Source of the DNA: a virus
Direction: 5' to 3' (one strand)
UHGV virus genome: UHGV-0203597
Length of the DNA stretch: 41,485 bases
The position numbers and the translations under genes are program-made. Shown piece by piece: positions 1-7,706 of the stretch (position 1 is its first letter; each line of letters begins with the position of its first letter). The notes beneath the pieces were generated by a model. The model was not told the DNA's origin. It did no database searches and was given only the letters and a program-made list of their open reading frames with translations.

Positions 1-36
1 GTGGATTGGTGCTGTTTTTCCATGATAGGGGTAATT

Positions 37-417
37 ATGAGAAAAGTATTTTTGATTTTTGGATTTATGCTTCTCGTTGGATGCCAGTCAGCTGCACAGT
101 TTGAAAGAAATATGCTTACGTGGCGCGGGCAGAGTATAGACGCAATGGTTCAGCAGTGGGGGTATCCTCAGGGAGAGCTTACATCTCCAGATGGAAACAG
201 AGTGTATGTTTACTCAAGCTCTGGTAGTTATAACGTACCACAAACCACAACGTATAATACTACGTCTAATCTAATTGGTAATACTATATATTCAAACACA
301 TACGCAACAACTGATGGCGGTTATACACTCCATTTCAGTTGCTCTGTTTACGTTGAGTTTGGTGCTGATAAGATTATTAAAAATGTTACATGGCGCGGTA
401 ATAATTGCGTTGCGTGA
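37..417 (+). CDS. Putative lipoprotein (moron; candidate superinfection-exclusion or lysogenic-conversion protein)
   Basis: ATG at 37 with AGGGG 6 nt upstream; signal peptide MRKVFLIFGFMLLVGC with lipobox LVGC; Ser/Thr/Tyr/Asn-rich mature part; AT-rich; no TTACC-N5-GGTAA site upstream; followed by hairpin terminator. Confidence 0.6.
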   Translation: MRKVFLIFGFMLLVGCQSAAQFERNMLTWRGQSIDAMVQQWGYPQGELTSPDGNRVYVYSSSGSYNVPQTTTYNTTSNLIGNTIYSNTYATTDGGYTLHFSCSVYVEFGADKIIKNVTWRGNNCVA

Positions 418-425
418 CATGTCAC
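414..425. repeat. 12-bp perfect palindrome GTGACATGTCAC, copy 1 of 3
   Basis: Overlaps the TGA stop of the lipoprotein gene; identical 12-mer at 22054-22065 and 24541-24552. Confidence 0.5.
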
Positions 426-426
426 A

Positions 427-450
427 GGCCGCTTTCGCGGCCTTGTTTTT
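427..450. terminator. Rho-independent terminator hairpin GGCCGC-TTTC-GCGGCC plus T-tract
   Basis: Perfect 6-bp GC stem, 4-nt loop, then TTGTTTTT on + strand; lies between convergent genes; same 18-mer repeated at 3783-3800. Confidence 0.6.
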
Positions 451-610
451 AACGAATGCCACCGCCACCCGGGCGGGAATCCGCAGAACGCCCACCGCAG
501 CGGGAGCCGTCAGCGGCAGTATCGCTGTCGTGCTGACAACGACCGGCAAAGGCCTGAGTTGAAGCTACCAGAGACAACAAAACGAACAGTGCAGCAAATG
601 CTTTTTTCAT
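449..610 (-). CDS. Small secreted peptide (53 aa, SPase I-type signal, two Cys in mature part)
   Basis: ATG at 610; MKKAFAALFVLLSLVASTQAFA then GRCQHDSDTAADGSRCGG...; last gene of the minus-strand operon after the YafO-like gene; weak RBS. Confidence 0.35.
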   Translation of the reverse strand: MKKAFAALFVLLSLVASTQAFAGRCQHDSDTAADGSRCGGRSADSRPGGGGIR

Positions 611-691
611 TGTGAAATTTCCATCTATAAACCACCTCAATGTGGCGTCAATGAGTGTAGCACTGACTTTTGTTTCGTCCATAAAAAACTA

Positions 692-1204
692 CTATGCAGG
701 CTTTTTGGATTTGTACGAATAATCCCACGGATAAACATTTCTACTAAGTGGAGCTGTATTCGTTCGTTCATGAAATAATTTTGTGAAATTCAATACGGAA
801 TCCATCCAAACTTTTGCGTTAGCTTTGGTGTGTGCGGGCGGGTCCCAATAAGCTAGTAAGGCTGCATCTCTTATTTCATTGACTGCATATATGAGATATG
901 CGTTACTGGTTGGTTTTGGCCTGTAATTTCCTTGTTCATCAATCAATCCATATGACCACTCATCCCAACACTGTTCAGTACATGAGTATGAATATGATGC
1001 ATATTCACCAATATTGACATGAACCTTTCTGAGATGGAAGCCTAATACTTCGTCTGGTCTTTCAAAAAGAGTATCTTTTCCCAGATCAGGATGATGACCA
1101 TGACGCCAGTGTTGTTTAAAAGCATCTTTTAGCGAAATCAGAAAGTCATCAGTTTTAAACTCACCAGTAGGTATAACCTTCCCGCTATACTCACTCAAAA
1201 ACAT
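692..1204 (-). CDS. YafO-family toxin-like protein (paralog 1)
   Basis: 170 aa; motifs HWRHGHHPDLGKDTLF, RKVHVNIG, YLIY, AALLAYWDPPAH recalled as matching E. coli YafO (RDGxLPDxFGRD, VAHIHL, LVYC, AWLLIAILKPEPH); 14-nt overlap with upstream gene. Confidence 0.5.
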   Translation of the reverse strand: MFLSEYSGKVIPTGEFKTDDFLISLKDAFKQHWRHGHHPDLGKDTLFERPDEVLGFHLRKVHVNIGEYASYSYSCTEQCWDEWSYGLIDEQGNYRPKPTSNAYLIYAVNEIRDAALLAYWDPPAHTKANAKVWMDSVLNFTKLFHERTNTAPLSRNVYPWDYSYKSKKPA

Positions 1205-1517
1205 CGAATTCCTCTTCCTTCATATGCGTTTCTAATGAGTTAAGCTGGCGGAAAGATATCTCTTTTGATTCTGCAGATGAGAGCTTTTTTATCCGCTTTA
1301 TATTCTTTGTGATAGGAATAGACATTGTATGCACATCAGCGGATGCTCTTGGCTTTGTGCTGATAAAAATATGGCGCAATGCCGCATTTTCACTATTGAA
1401 CGAGCCAATAGCTGATTTACGTGCTACAACCTTACCAGTAAAAATACGACTCTTGCTACGCTTTGCATGAGTTCCGCTTCTTACCGGACCTCTCATCACG
1501 AATCCAAGTTTTGTCAT
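1191..1517 (-). CDS. Small basic protein, putative cognate partner/antitoxin of YafO-like paralog 1 (no family recognised)
   Basis: 108 aa, Lys/Arg-rich with acidic C-terminus EEEFDVFE; GGAGA RBS; overlaps toxin-like gene. Confidence 0.4.
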   Translation of the reverse strand: MTKLGFVMRGPVRSGTHAKRSKSRIFTGKVVARKSAIGSFNSENAALRHIFISTKPRASADVHTMSIPITKNIKRIKKLSSAESKEISFRQLNSLETHMKEEEFDVFE

Positions 1518-1559
1518 CTTTAATCTCCGGTAAGTTACAGGTATAAAATAAAAACAGGT

Positions 1560-1574
1560 TTACCTTTAAGGTAA
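1560..1574. promoter_or_regulatory. TTACC-N5-GGTAA operator-like palindrome
   Basis: ttacctttaaggtaa, 43 nt upstream of the minus-strand ATG at 1517. Confidence 0.45.
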
Positions 1575-1640
1575 TATTACGCGAATCTACATCACATCGC
1601 CAATGATTATTTTAAAGGCACATCCCTGTGCCGCCGCTCG

Positions 1641-2336
1641 TCAGAAGAACCCTGCCTTGTCGTTGATGTACTCCGCGTGGGTCTGGATATCACGCAGGCA
1701 TTTGCTCACACCGACGATGTAGCAGAACATGGTGGTCAGCTCCGCCGCCGCGCCCGATACGTCGTGCCCGTCTTCCTGTAACTGGTTCAGCAGATTCATC
1801 AGCAGTGAGTTCTCCGTCAGGCCGAGAACACCAGACGGCGAGTGAATCAAACTGCGGTAGCCGGGCTTCAGTGGGGCGCTGTAGGTTTTGTTCTCTATCT
1901 TCATTGCCTGCATCACTGCTGATGCTGTGGCGTTGGCTACCTGGTCGGCAACCATCTTTATGCGTTCTTCCTGCGGGAGCGAGTTTTTAATGTAACTTCC
2001 GGTGCGGCGGATCTGAGGAAGAACCTCACCTGTAACCCATTTACGAAAGCGGTAGGGGATAGTGCCTGGTGTCACTGCGTCGCGGCAGCGGAGGATCAGT
2101 GTGTAGAGGCCTGACTCGGAGATGATGATCGATTCTTGCTCACCGCCAGGGGTGTCGGTTGAAGCGACGCCCTTCTCATCATCATCAAGTTTTCGAACAG
2201 CATCTCGATGGTTTGCTATGCCTATAGCCCGACAAACATCTGAAGCGATAAACCATGGCTCACCATTTATGACGATTACTCGTATATCGGCTTGGGATTC
2301 GAAAGAAAAAATGGACGTGCTTTTTGTAGCTGTCAT
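1641..2336 (-). CDS. BRO-N domain antirepressor-like protein with Ant-type C-terminal domain
   Basis: 231 aa; N-terminal motif PWFIASDVCRAIGI typical of BRO-N; C-terminal ~70 aa paralogous to the small protein at 3805-4062. Confidence 0.75.
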   Translation of the reverse strand: MTATKSTSIFSFESQADIRVIVINGEPWFIASDVCRAIGIANHRDAVRKLDDDEKGVASTDTPGGEQESIIISESGLYTLILRCRDAVTPGTIPYRFRKWVTGEVLPQIRRTGSYIKNSLPQEERIKMVADQVANATASAVMQAMKIENKTYSAPLKPGYRSLIHSPSGVLGLTENSLLMNLLNQLQEDGHDVSGAAAELTTMFCYIVGVSKCLRDIQTHAEYINDKAGFF

Positions 2337-2605
2337 AGTGGTTACCTTTTAGTCTGGTTAATCACCACTACCGACGCCAATCGGTTGGTGGTGAACTGTG
2401 CAGGGTTGGCGTAACCGGCTAAAAGGACCCGGCGCACCTTTCGGTGCCCCCACACAGCCCACCATAATACGAATGTGGCCGTGCTATACGCATAAAAAAA
2501 CCGCTTGCGCGGTGAATGCGCCTTTTAGTAATCCGGAACGCCAATCCCGGCACTGGATTTTGCCAGTGCCCGATTACTATGGCACAAGAGGAGTGCAATG
2601 TAAAT

Positions 2606-2620
2606 TTACCGCAAAGGTAA
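2606..2620. promoter_or_regulatory. TTACC-N5-GGTAA operator-like palindrome
   Basis: ttaccgcaaaggtaa in the 420-bp divergent intergenic region between the BRO-N gene and 2758-3285. Confidence 0.45.
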
Positions 2621-2730
2621 TGATAAATGCATAACTCACGTCATTTCAACCCTATGTGGTTTGATTGATCCCATTTCAGAAAATACCTGCCTATTTTTTT
2701 GCCAGTGAGCGTATACTTTCGATAGAATGT

Positions 2731-2745
2731 TTACCCTAAAGGTAG
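2731..2745. promoter_or_regulatory. TTACC-N5-GGTAg operator-like site (one mismatch)
   Basis: ttaccctaaaggtag, 13 nt upstream of the ATG at 2758. Confidence 0.35.
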
Positions 2746-2757
2746 TTGGGGGTGCCC

Positions 2758-3285
2758 ATGAACACGAAGAGAGTTACAGCGATGAGGCATAGACGCTTTG
2801 CCTTGAAAAGGCCTGAAAAAGAAAAAGAGCAAGAGATGGTGATTGAAGCAGCCGCTTATGCTGCAGCTATGGCAACTGCTGATGCGATTAGAAATTATGA
2901 AGAAGAGGATAATAAAAATTCCTATCGCATTTACTTATATGAGAGCCGTCACAGTGTTACAGACCATGAAGCATGCCTAAAAAAACAAGGGGAAGTATTC
3001 CACTGCAACCTTGCTGAGTACATTAGGAATGAAATGGAAAGGAATTTGGCTTTATCTCATTTTGGATACAAGAGTCAGGAAAGTGGTTTCGCTGGCTTTA
3101 AGGATAAAATTAACGAAAGGTGGCAACGTTTATACAAGCCACTTCAAGTTGATGAGAAAACTCATCAACTTGTTATGCATGAGGTCCCAAAGATGTCCGT
3201 AGAGAAATCCCATGCAATCTCGCGCAGGATGTTTGCACGCACTGCTGAAGACATGGCTCAGGAGCTCTACGACGATGCCGAATAA
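2758..3285 (+). CDS. Hypothetical charged helical protein, putative partner of YafO-like paralog 2
   Basis: 176 aa from ATG 2758 (alternative 2746); acidic C-terminus ELYDDAE; stop overlaps start of downstream toxin-like gene; unrelated to the 108-aa partner. Confidence 0.4.
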   Translation: MNTKRVTAMRHRRFALKRPEKEKEQEMVIEAAAYAAAMATADAIRNYEEEDNKNSYRIYLYESRHSVTDHEACLKKQGEVFHCNLAEYIRNEMERNLALSHFGYKSQESGFAGFKDKINERWQRLYKPLQVDEKTHQLVMHEVPKMSVEKSHAISRRMFARTAEDMAQELYDDAE

Positions 3286-3781
3286 ATTCCAGGGGTTGGT
3301 TCACCCTGGAATTTTTGGGAAGGACCCTGAGCTAATACCTATCAAAAACGCGTTCATAGATCACTGGCGCTACGGTCATCATAAGGATTTCGGAAAGGAC
3401 ACTCTGTTTCGAGATCCACCGAAAGAGATGCTGGAATATCACATACGCCACGTTCACTTAAACATCGGAAACTATACTGACAAGTTTGGTGAGAGCGGTA
3501 CGGAACAATGCTGGAAAAACTGGGCGTCTGGGAAGAAAGACAAGACCACTAACAAGCATAAAAAGATCCCAACCAGTGACGTGTATGTGATTTATCTGGT
3601 CACATCTGAACGCCATGCCTTCCTTCTGGATTATTGGGATGAACCAGCGCATAAGACAGTAGAAATTGACGAGCAGAAGCAAAAATTAGTTGTCGAGTGT
3701 GACAGAATTTTGCGGCTGAAAAAGTTAGAATCCATGCCGCGCGATGCAAGTTTGTGGGACCCAGAATTTTACGACTGTTAA
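3275..3781 (+). CDS. YafO-family toxin-like protein (paralog 2)
   Basis: 168 aa from MPNKF; motifs HWRYGHHKDFGKDTLF, RHVHLNIG, YVIY, AFLLDYWDEPAH align with paralog 1. Confidence 0.5.
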   Translation: MPNKFQGLVHPGIFGKDPELIPIKNAFIDHWRYGHHKDFGKDTLFRDPPKEMLEYHIRHVHLNIGNYTDKFGESGTEQCWKNWASGKKDKTTNKHKKIPTSDVYVIYLVTSERHAFLLDYWDEPAHKTVEIDEQKQKLVVECDRILRLKKLESMPRDASLWDPEFYDC

Positions 3782-3782
3782 T

Positions 3783-3808
3783 GGCCGCTTTCGCGGCCTT
3801 TTCTTTAT
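3783..3808. terminator. Bidirectional terminator hairpin GGCCGC-TTTC-GCGGCC plus T-tract (second copy)
   Basis: Same 18-mer as 427-444; between convergent genes ending at 3781 and 3805. Confidence 0.6.
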
Positions 3809-4062
3809 GTGGTTTGTTTTCGTAATTGTTCGGCACAATAGTCGAGATGTGTTTGCAGATCCTGCATAGACATCTGTGAGCTGGTGACGTAGTTAATCAG
3901 TGCAGTCAGTTCGGCAAGTGGGCCATCGACATTAAATCCATCCTTATCGAGATCCCGGAGTAATTTCATCAAGTGCGATCCCTCCACCAGTGACCTGACG
4001 CCTCCCGGCGTGTGAATCCTTTCGGTAAATCCGTCTTCCAGTGGATAGTGATACTGCTGCAT
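3805..4062 (-). CDS. Small Ant C-terminal-domain-like protein; candidate SOS-inducible antirepressor
   Basis: 85 aa from ATG 4062 (GGAGAAG RBS); paralogous to the C-terminus of the BRO-N protein; LexA box about 20 nt upstream. Confidence 0.5.
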   Translation of the reverse strand: MQQYHYPLEDGFTERIHTPGGVRSLVEGSHLMKLLRDLDKDGFNVDGPLAELTALINYVTSSQMSMQDLQTHLDYCAEQLRKQTT

Positions 4063-4081
4063 CTTATCTTCTCCATGCAAT

Positions 4082-4101
4082 AACTGTATATTTATACAGT
4101 A
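4082..4101. promoter_or_regulatory. LexA (SOS) box
   Basis: aaCTGTatatttatACAGta; minus-strand reading TACTGTATAAATATACAGTT matches consensus TACTGTATATATATACAGTA at 18/20. Confidence 0.6.
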
Positions 4102-4138
4102 GCAAATAATTTGTTTGCTATCCAGCACGTTTTGCAAA

Positions 4139-4153
4139 TTACCTGAAAGGTAA
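4139..4153. promoter_or_regulatory. TTACC-N5-GGTAA operator-like palindrome
   Basis: ttacctgaaaggtaa, identical to the site at 25529; between the LexA-box gene (minus) and the tailspike (plus). Confidence 0.45.
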
Positions 4154-4257
4154 TATCTATTCGTATTTACAGCCTTTCTATCCATATGTGGTTTTCCAGG
4201 TAATAGAATAACCAGATATGCGGCGCAACGGGTGCTGCGACTATCTGGAGATTTAAC

Positions 4258-6909
4258 ATGACGGTCTCAACCGAAGTTGACCACAACGAATACACCGGTA
4301 ACGGAGCTACGACATCATTTCCGTATACCTTCCGTATTTTCAAAAAATCCGACCTGGTTGTTCAGGTGTCTGACCTGAACGGGAACGTAACAGAATTGGT
4401 TCTGGATACTGACTACACAGTAACCAATGCTGGAGGATATAATGGCGGTAATGTAATTCTGTCGAAGGCGTTGGCTAACGGTTATCATATTTCTATATCA
4501 CGAGAGCTCCCGGTTACGCAGGATACTGATTTGCGTAATCAGGGTAAGTTCTTCGCTGAGGTACATGAAGACGCGTTCGATAAACTGACAATGCTTATTC
4601 AAAAGTGTTTTTCATGGATGAGGTTAGCACTTATAAAACCAAGCATTCTGGCTAACTATTATGATGCAAAAAATAATAAGATATCAAATCTAGCAAATGC
4701 CACTGACAGAAACGATGCTGTCAATAAAGGTTATGTTGATGATCTTTTTACTGGAGGTGTAACGCCTACACCTAACAGCGCTAAAAACGATATTTTTACA
4801 AATCACCAAAGAAAGATTGTAGCTACGATGCCGCTTCTTTTTCCTGAATATGATGCGATTATGGCTGCTAACCCGTCAGCAACTTATATGTATCCTCAAG
4901 GATTCTGCGTTAGCGAAGATTTGATATACATCACTTATCCATTTGAGCCTAAACAGACGAATAATGTCGTCGCAGTATTTAACATATCTGGTATTTATCA
5001 AGGTTATTTCTATGTTCAGGCTGGCGGCCCAGGCTTCGCTGCTGAAGGAATCGTGGTTACGTCAGACTATGGCCCCAAAAAAATGTTTGTTGGTCACACA
5101 AACGGAATACTGCGTGAATTTAATATGGAGGGGGCATTATACGGAAGCAATCTGCCTCTTGTACAAAACCATGATGTTGGATTATTCAACCAGTTCAGCT
5201 ACAGAAGAGGTATATGGCTCGTTGAGCAGAATGCGCCAGAAGTAGGACAGAAAATCACAAGAACTGTACTTGCAGTGTTCGACAGTGGTTTCAATCGCCT
5301 GTCAACTATAACGCTGCCGTTACATGATGTTGGGTATGTAACTAAAAGCACCTCACCTTATGCGCCTTATTTCAACAAGCGTCAGGGTATTGCGGTAGGT
5401 GATAACTACTTTGTCTGCGGCTATGGCGGCTTCATAGCTGATGGGGCAGGAAGCGCAGGATATAACGAATATCAGGGCAGCAAAGTTTTTAACCCTGACG
5501 GTACAAAGCGAACTGAATCAATGCTTCATCCTCAGGCCATGATGGATTTAATGAAAGCCGCAGGATTGAACGTCACTCGCATAGAAAATGAAGGCGTTTG
5601 TGTTTCTCAGGATGGAAAATCCATTTATTCACTTTACATTCATCAGGAAAGAACTGGCTCTGAACCTTACAATTCAGGTTTGGTTATTTTCGAAGATTTC
5701 TCCACTGATAAAGATGCTATCGATTTTACACCTGCATCCAGGCTTTACCGCGGATTTGATATCGATCACGCGAGCATTGGGGTATATCCCCGTAGTGCGA
5801 AGGGGATTGTTAACCCTGTAGATGGTACGTTGTTCACTAACATGACTGAAATTCTTCGCTATATGCAGGAGATGAGTCAGAAGGCATTTAATTTTTACAC
5901 AGGGACTGTCAGCATTGCTGATATATCTGGCGTGGCAATCCCTTCCAGCACATATGTTGAAATACTGAATGCGAATAATCAGACTTTTATAGTCAACTAT
6001 TATTCATCTGATAGTGGCATTAGTTATTTGGTTGCAACTAATCCTTCTGGTGACTTTGTATTTGTGCGCCAGCGACCGGCACAGTGGGCATCTAACTTAA
6101 CCATTCAGCAAAACGCAGATCCTGATACAAACCAATTAAACCGCATCACTGCATCATCATATGCCGGTGCAACTACAAACTCTCAGAAAATATTGGTCCT
6201 TGACCAGCAGGCTACAGCTAGCGCAAATAGCTTGGTATTGGGCGGTAGTTCTTCTGTGTTTAGGTCTGCCACCACGGTGGATATTGCATGCAACAGCGAC
6301 CCGACAGCATTGGGAGGAACCATACGCTGGCGGTTTTATGATACAGGTCTTCGCCCGTTTGCTGACAATACCTATAATTTTGGTCAGGCATCGTTTCGTA
6401 TTAAAGACGCCTACTTTGCAAATGCCCCAACCGTTTCATCAGATGCCACGCTGAAAACCAATCCCGAGGCAATATCAGATTTAAGTGAAATGCTTTCTTC
6501 TGATAGAGACAGCATTCTTGATGCCTGGGGCGATATTTCTGTTGTGGCGTATCGATGGCTCGACGCTATATCCATGAAGGGCGATGGTGCCAGATGGCAT
6601 TTTGGCGTCATGGCTCAGCAGGTAAGGGATGTATTCTTGGCGCACGGAATTGATGGAACCAGATTTGGCCTTCTTTGCTATGACGAGTGGGATGATATTT
6701 TTGAGCCGGTAATCGCGACTAAAGAGATTACCGATACGTCTGGTGAGTTGGTCACCGTCGAATATGACACCGGAGAACAGAGGCTGGTTAAAAAAGCGGG
6801 TAGTTCATGGGGTATACGGCCTGACCAGTGCGCTTGGCTTGAGGCTGCATATCAGCGCCGTCGATGCGATCGTATTGAAGAGCGACTCGAACTATTGGAA
6901 TCAAAATAA
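4258..6909 (+). CDS. Tailspike / tail fibre with T7 gp17-like N-terminal domain and C-terminal S74 intramolecular chaperone
   Basis: 883 aa; N-terminus resembles T7-type fibre anchor; C-terminus has RWHFGVMAQQV and GLLCYDEWDD recalled as S74 auto-processing chaperone motifs; central domain unassigned. Confidence 0.8.
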   Translation: MTVSTEVDHNEYTGNGATTSFPYTFRIFKKSDLVVQVSDLNGNVTELVLDTDYTVTNAGGYNGGNVILSKALANGYHISISRELPVTQDTDLRNQGKFFAEVHEDAFDKLTMLIQKCFSWMRLALIKPSILANYYDAKNNKISNLANATDRNDAVNKGYVDDLFTGGVTPTPNSAKNDIFTNHQRKIVATMPLLFPEYDAIMAANPSATYMYPQGFCVSEDLIYITYPFEPKQTNNVVAVFNISGIYQGYFYVQAGGPGFAAEGIVVTSDYGPKKMFVGHTNGILREFNMEGALYGSNLPLVQNHDVGLFNQFSYRRGIWLVEQNAPEVGQKITRTVLAVFDSGFNRLSTITLPLHDVGYVTKSTSPYAPYFNKRQGIAVGDNYFVCGYGGFIADGAGSAGYNEYQGSKVFNPDGTKRTESMLHPQAMMDLMKAAGLNVTRIENEGVCVSQDGKSIYSLYIHQERTGSEPYNSGLVIFEDFSTDKDAIDFTPASRLYRGFDIDHASIGVYPRSAKGIVNPVDGTLFTNMTEILRYMQEMSQKAFNFYTGTVSIADISGVAIPSSTYVEILNANNQTFIVNYYSSDSGISYLVATNPSGDFVFVRQRPAQWASNLTIQQNADPDTNQLNRITASSYAGATTNSQKILVLDQQATASANSLVLGGSSSVFRSATTVDIACNSDPTALGGTIRWRFYDTGLRPFADNTYNFGQASFRIKDAYFANAPTVSSDATLKTNPEAISDLSEMLSSDRDSILDAWGDISVVAYRWLDAISMKGDGARWHFGVMAQQVRDVFLAHGIDGTRFGLLCYDEWDDIFEPVIATKEITDTSGELVTVEYDTGEQRLVKKAGSSWGIRPDQCAWLEAAYQRRRCDRIEERLELLESK

Positions 6910-6997
6910 GACCAAATTTAGGTAATTATTATCCGTAAATGGTTTATTGTGTATGATGGACCTCATCTTCTAAGGGGGTTTTTATGCACAATAAACG

Positions 6998-7408
6998 GTG
7001 GTTACCATGAATGGCACGGTTACGGCGGATTCACTGAATCAAGGGTTAAGCTTGGGTGCGCTGGCCTCTGTCGTCTACGGCGTTCCGCCAGAGGTGGCTC
7101 TCGGTGCTCTGGCTGGTGCGGTAATATTTGTTACCTCTGCTGTAGAGTATCCTGTTCGTCGTCGTGTACTCTTGTCGATACTCAGCTTTCTTTGTGGTCT
7201 TCTCTTTTACAAACCAACAACATCAATTCTTATCGGAATAGCCAGCATGATACCTACCATCACGCAGGACTCTTTCGAGAAAGGGATTGTTTTCTCTGCT
7301 GGCGCATTCGTGTCAGCAATTGTCGCAGTGCGAATTGGTATATGGCTCTATCACCGTTCTGATAATCCACGCCAGTTAATTCCTGGGAGAAAAGGCGATG
7401 GTAACTAA
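6998..7408 (+). CDS. Multi-pass membrane protein, holin-like (about 4 TM segments)
   Basis: 136 aa hydrophobic; directly upstream of second holin-like gene and endolysin; start ambiguous (6998 or 7007). Confidence 0.45.
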   Translation: MVTMNGTVTADSLNQGLSLGALASVVYGVPPEVALGALAGAVIFVTSAVEYPVRRRVLLSILSFLCGLLFYKPTTSILIGIASMIPTITQDSFEKGIVFSAGAFVSAIVAVRIGIWLYHRSDNPRQLIPGRKGDGN

Positions 7409-7706
7409 TGAGCTTGTTTTGCTTATCACCAATGCAATTATTTGTACTGGCATAGCAATTCGCGTTGTCACATTCCGGCGTAACGGCTCTCAACATCGAA
7501 GATGGGGAGGGTGGCTTGCTTATTTCCTTATTGTTGCTGCGGCCAGTATTCCTGTTCGTGTCGCCTATGCAATCTGGTTACGTACGCCAATGGCTGTGGA
7601 TTTATCTGAGGTCATTATCAACGCTGTCATGCTTGCCGCGGTTATTAAAACACGCGGTAACGTTGTTCAGATTTTCAAAACATCGAGGTCTAAACATGGA
7701 GATTAA
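7398..7706 (+). CDS. Holin-like membrane protein (about 3 TM segments, charged C-terminus)
   Basis: 102 aa; overlaps endolysin start by 11 nt. Confidence 0.5.
   Translation: MVTNELVLLITNAIICTGIAIRVVTFRRNGSQHRRWGGWLAYFLIVAAASIPVRVAYAIWLRTPMAVDLSEVIINAVMLAAVIKTRGNVVQIFKTSRSKHGD

Noticed and set aside
2398-2634. 78-aa plus-strand ORF in the leader of the BRO-N gene
   Set aside because: No RBS, Pro/Arg/Cys-rich unnatural composition; overlaps an operator site; treated as non-coding.
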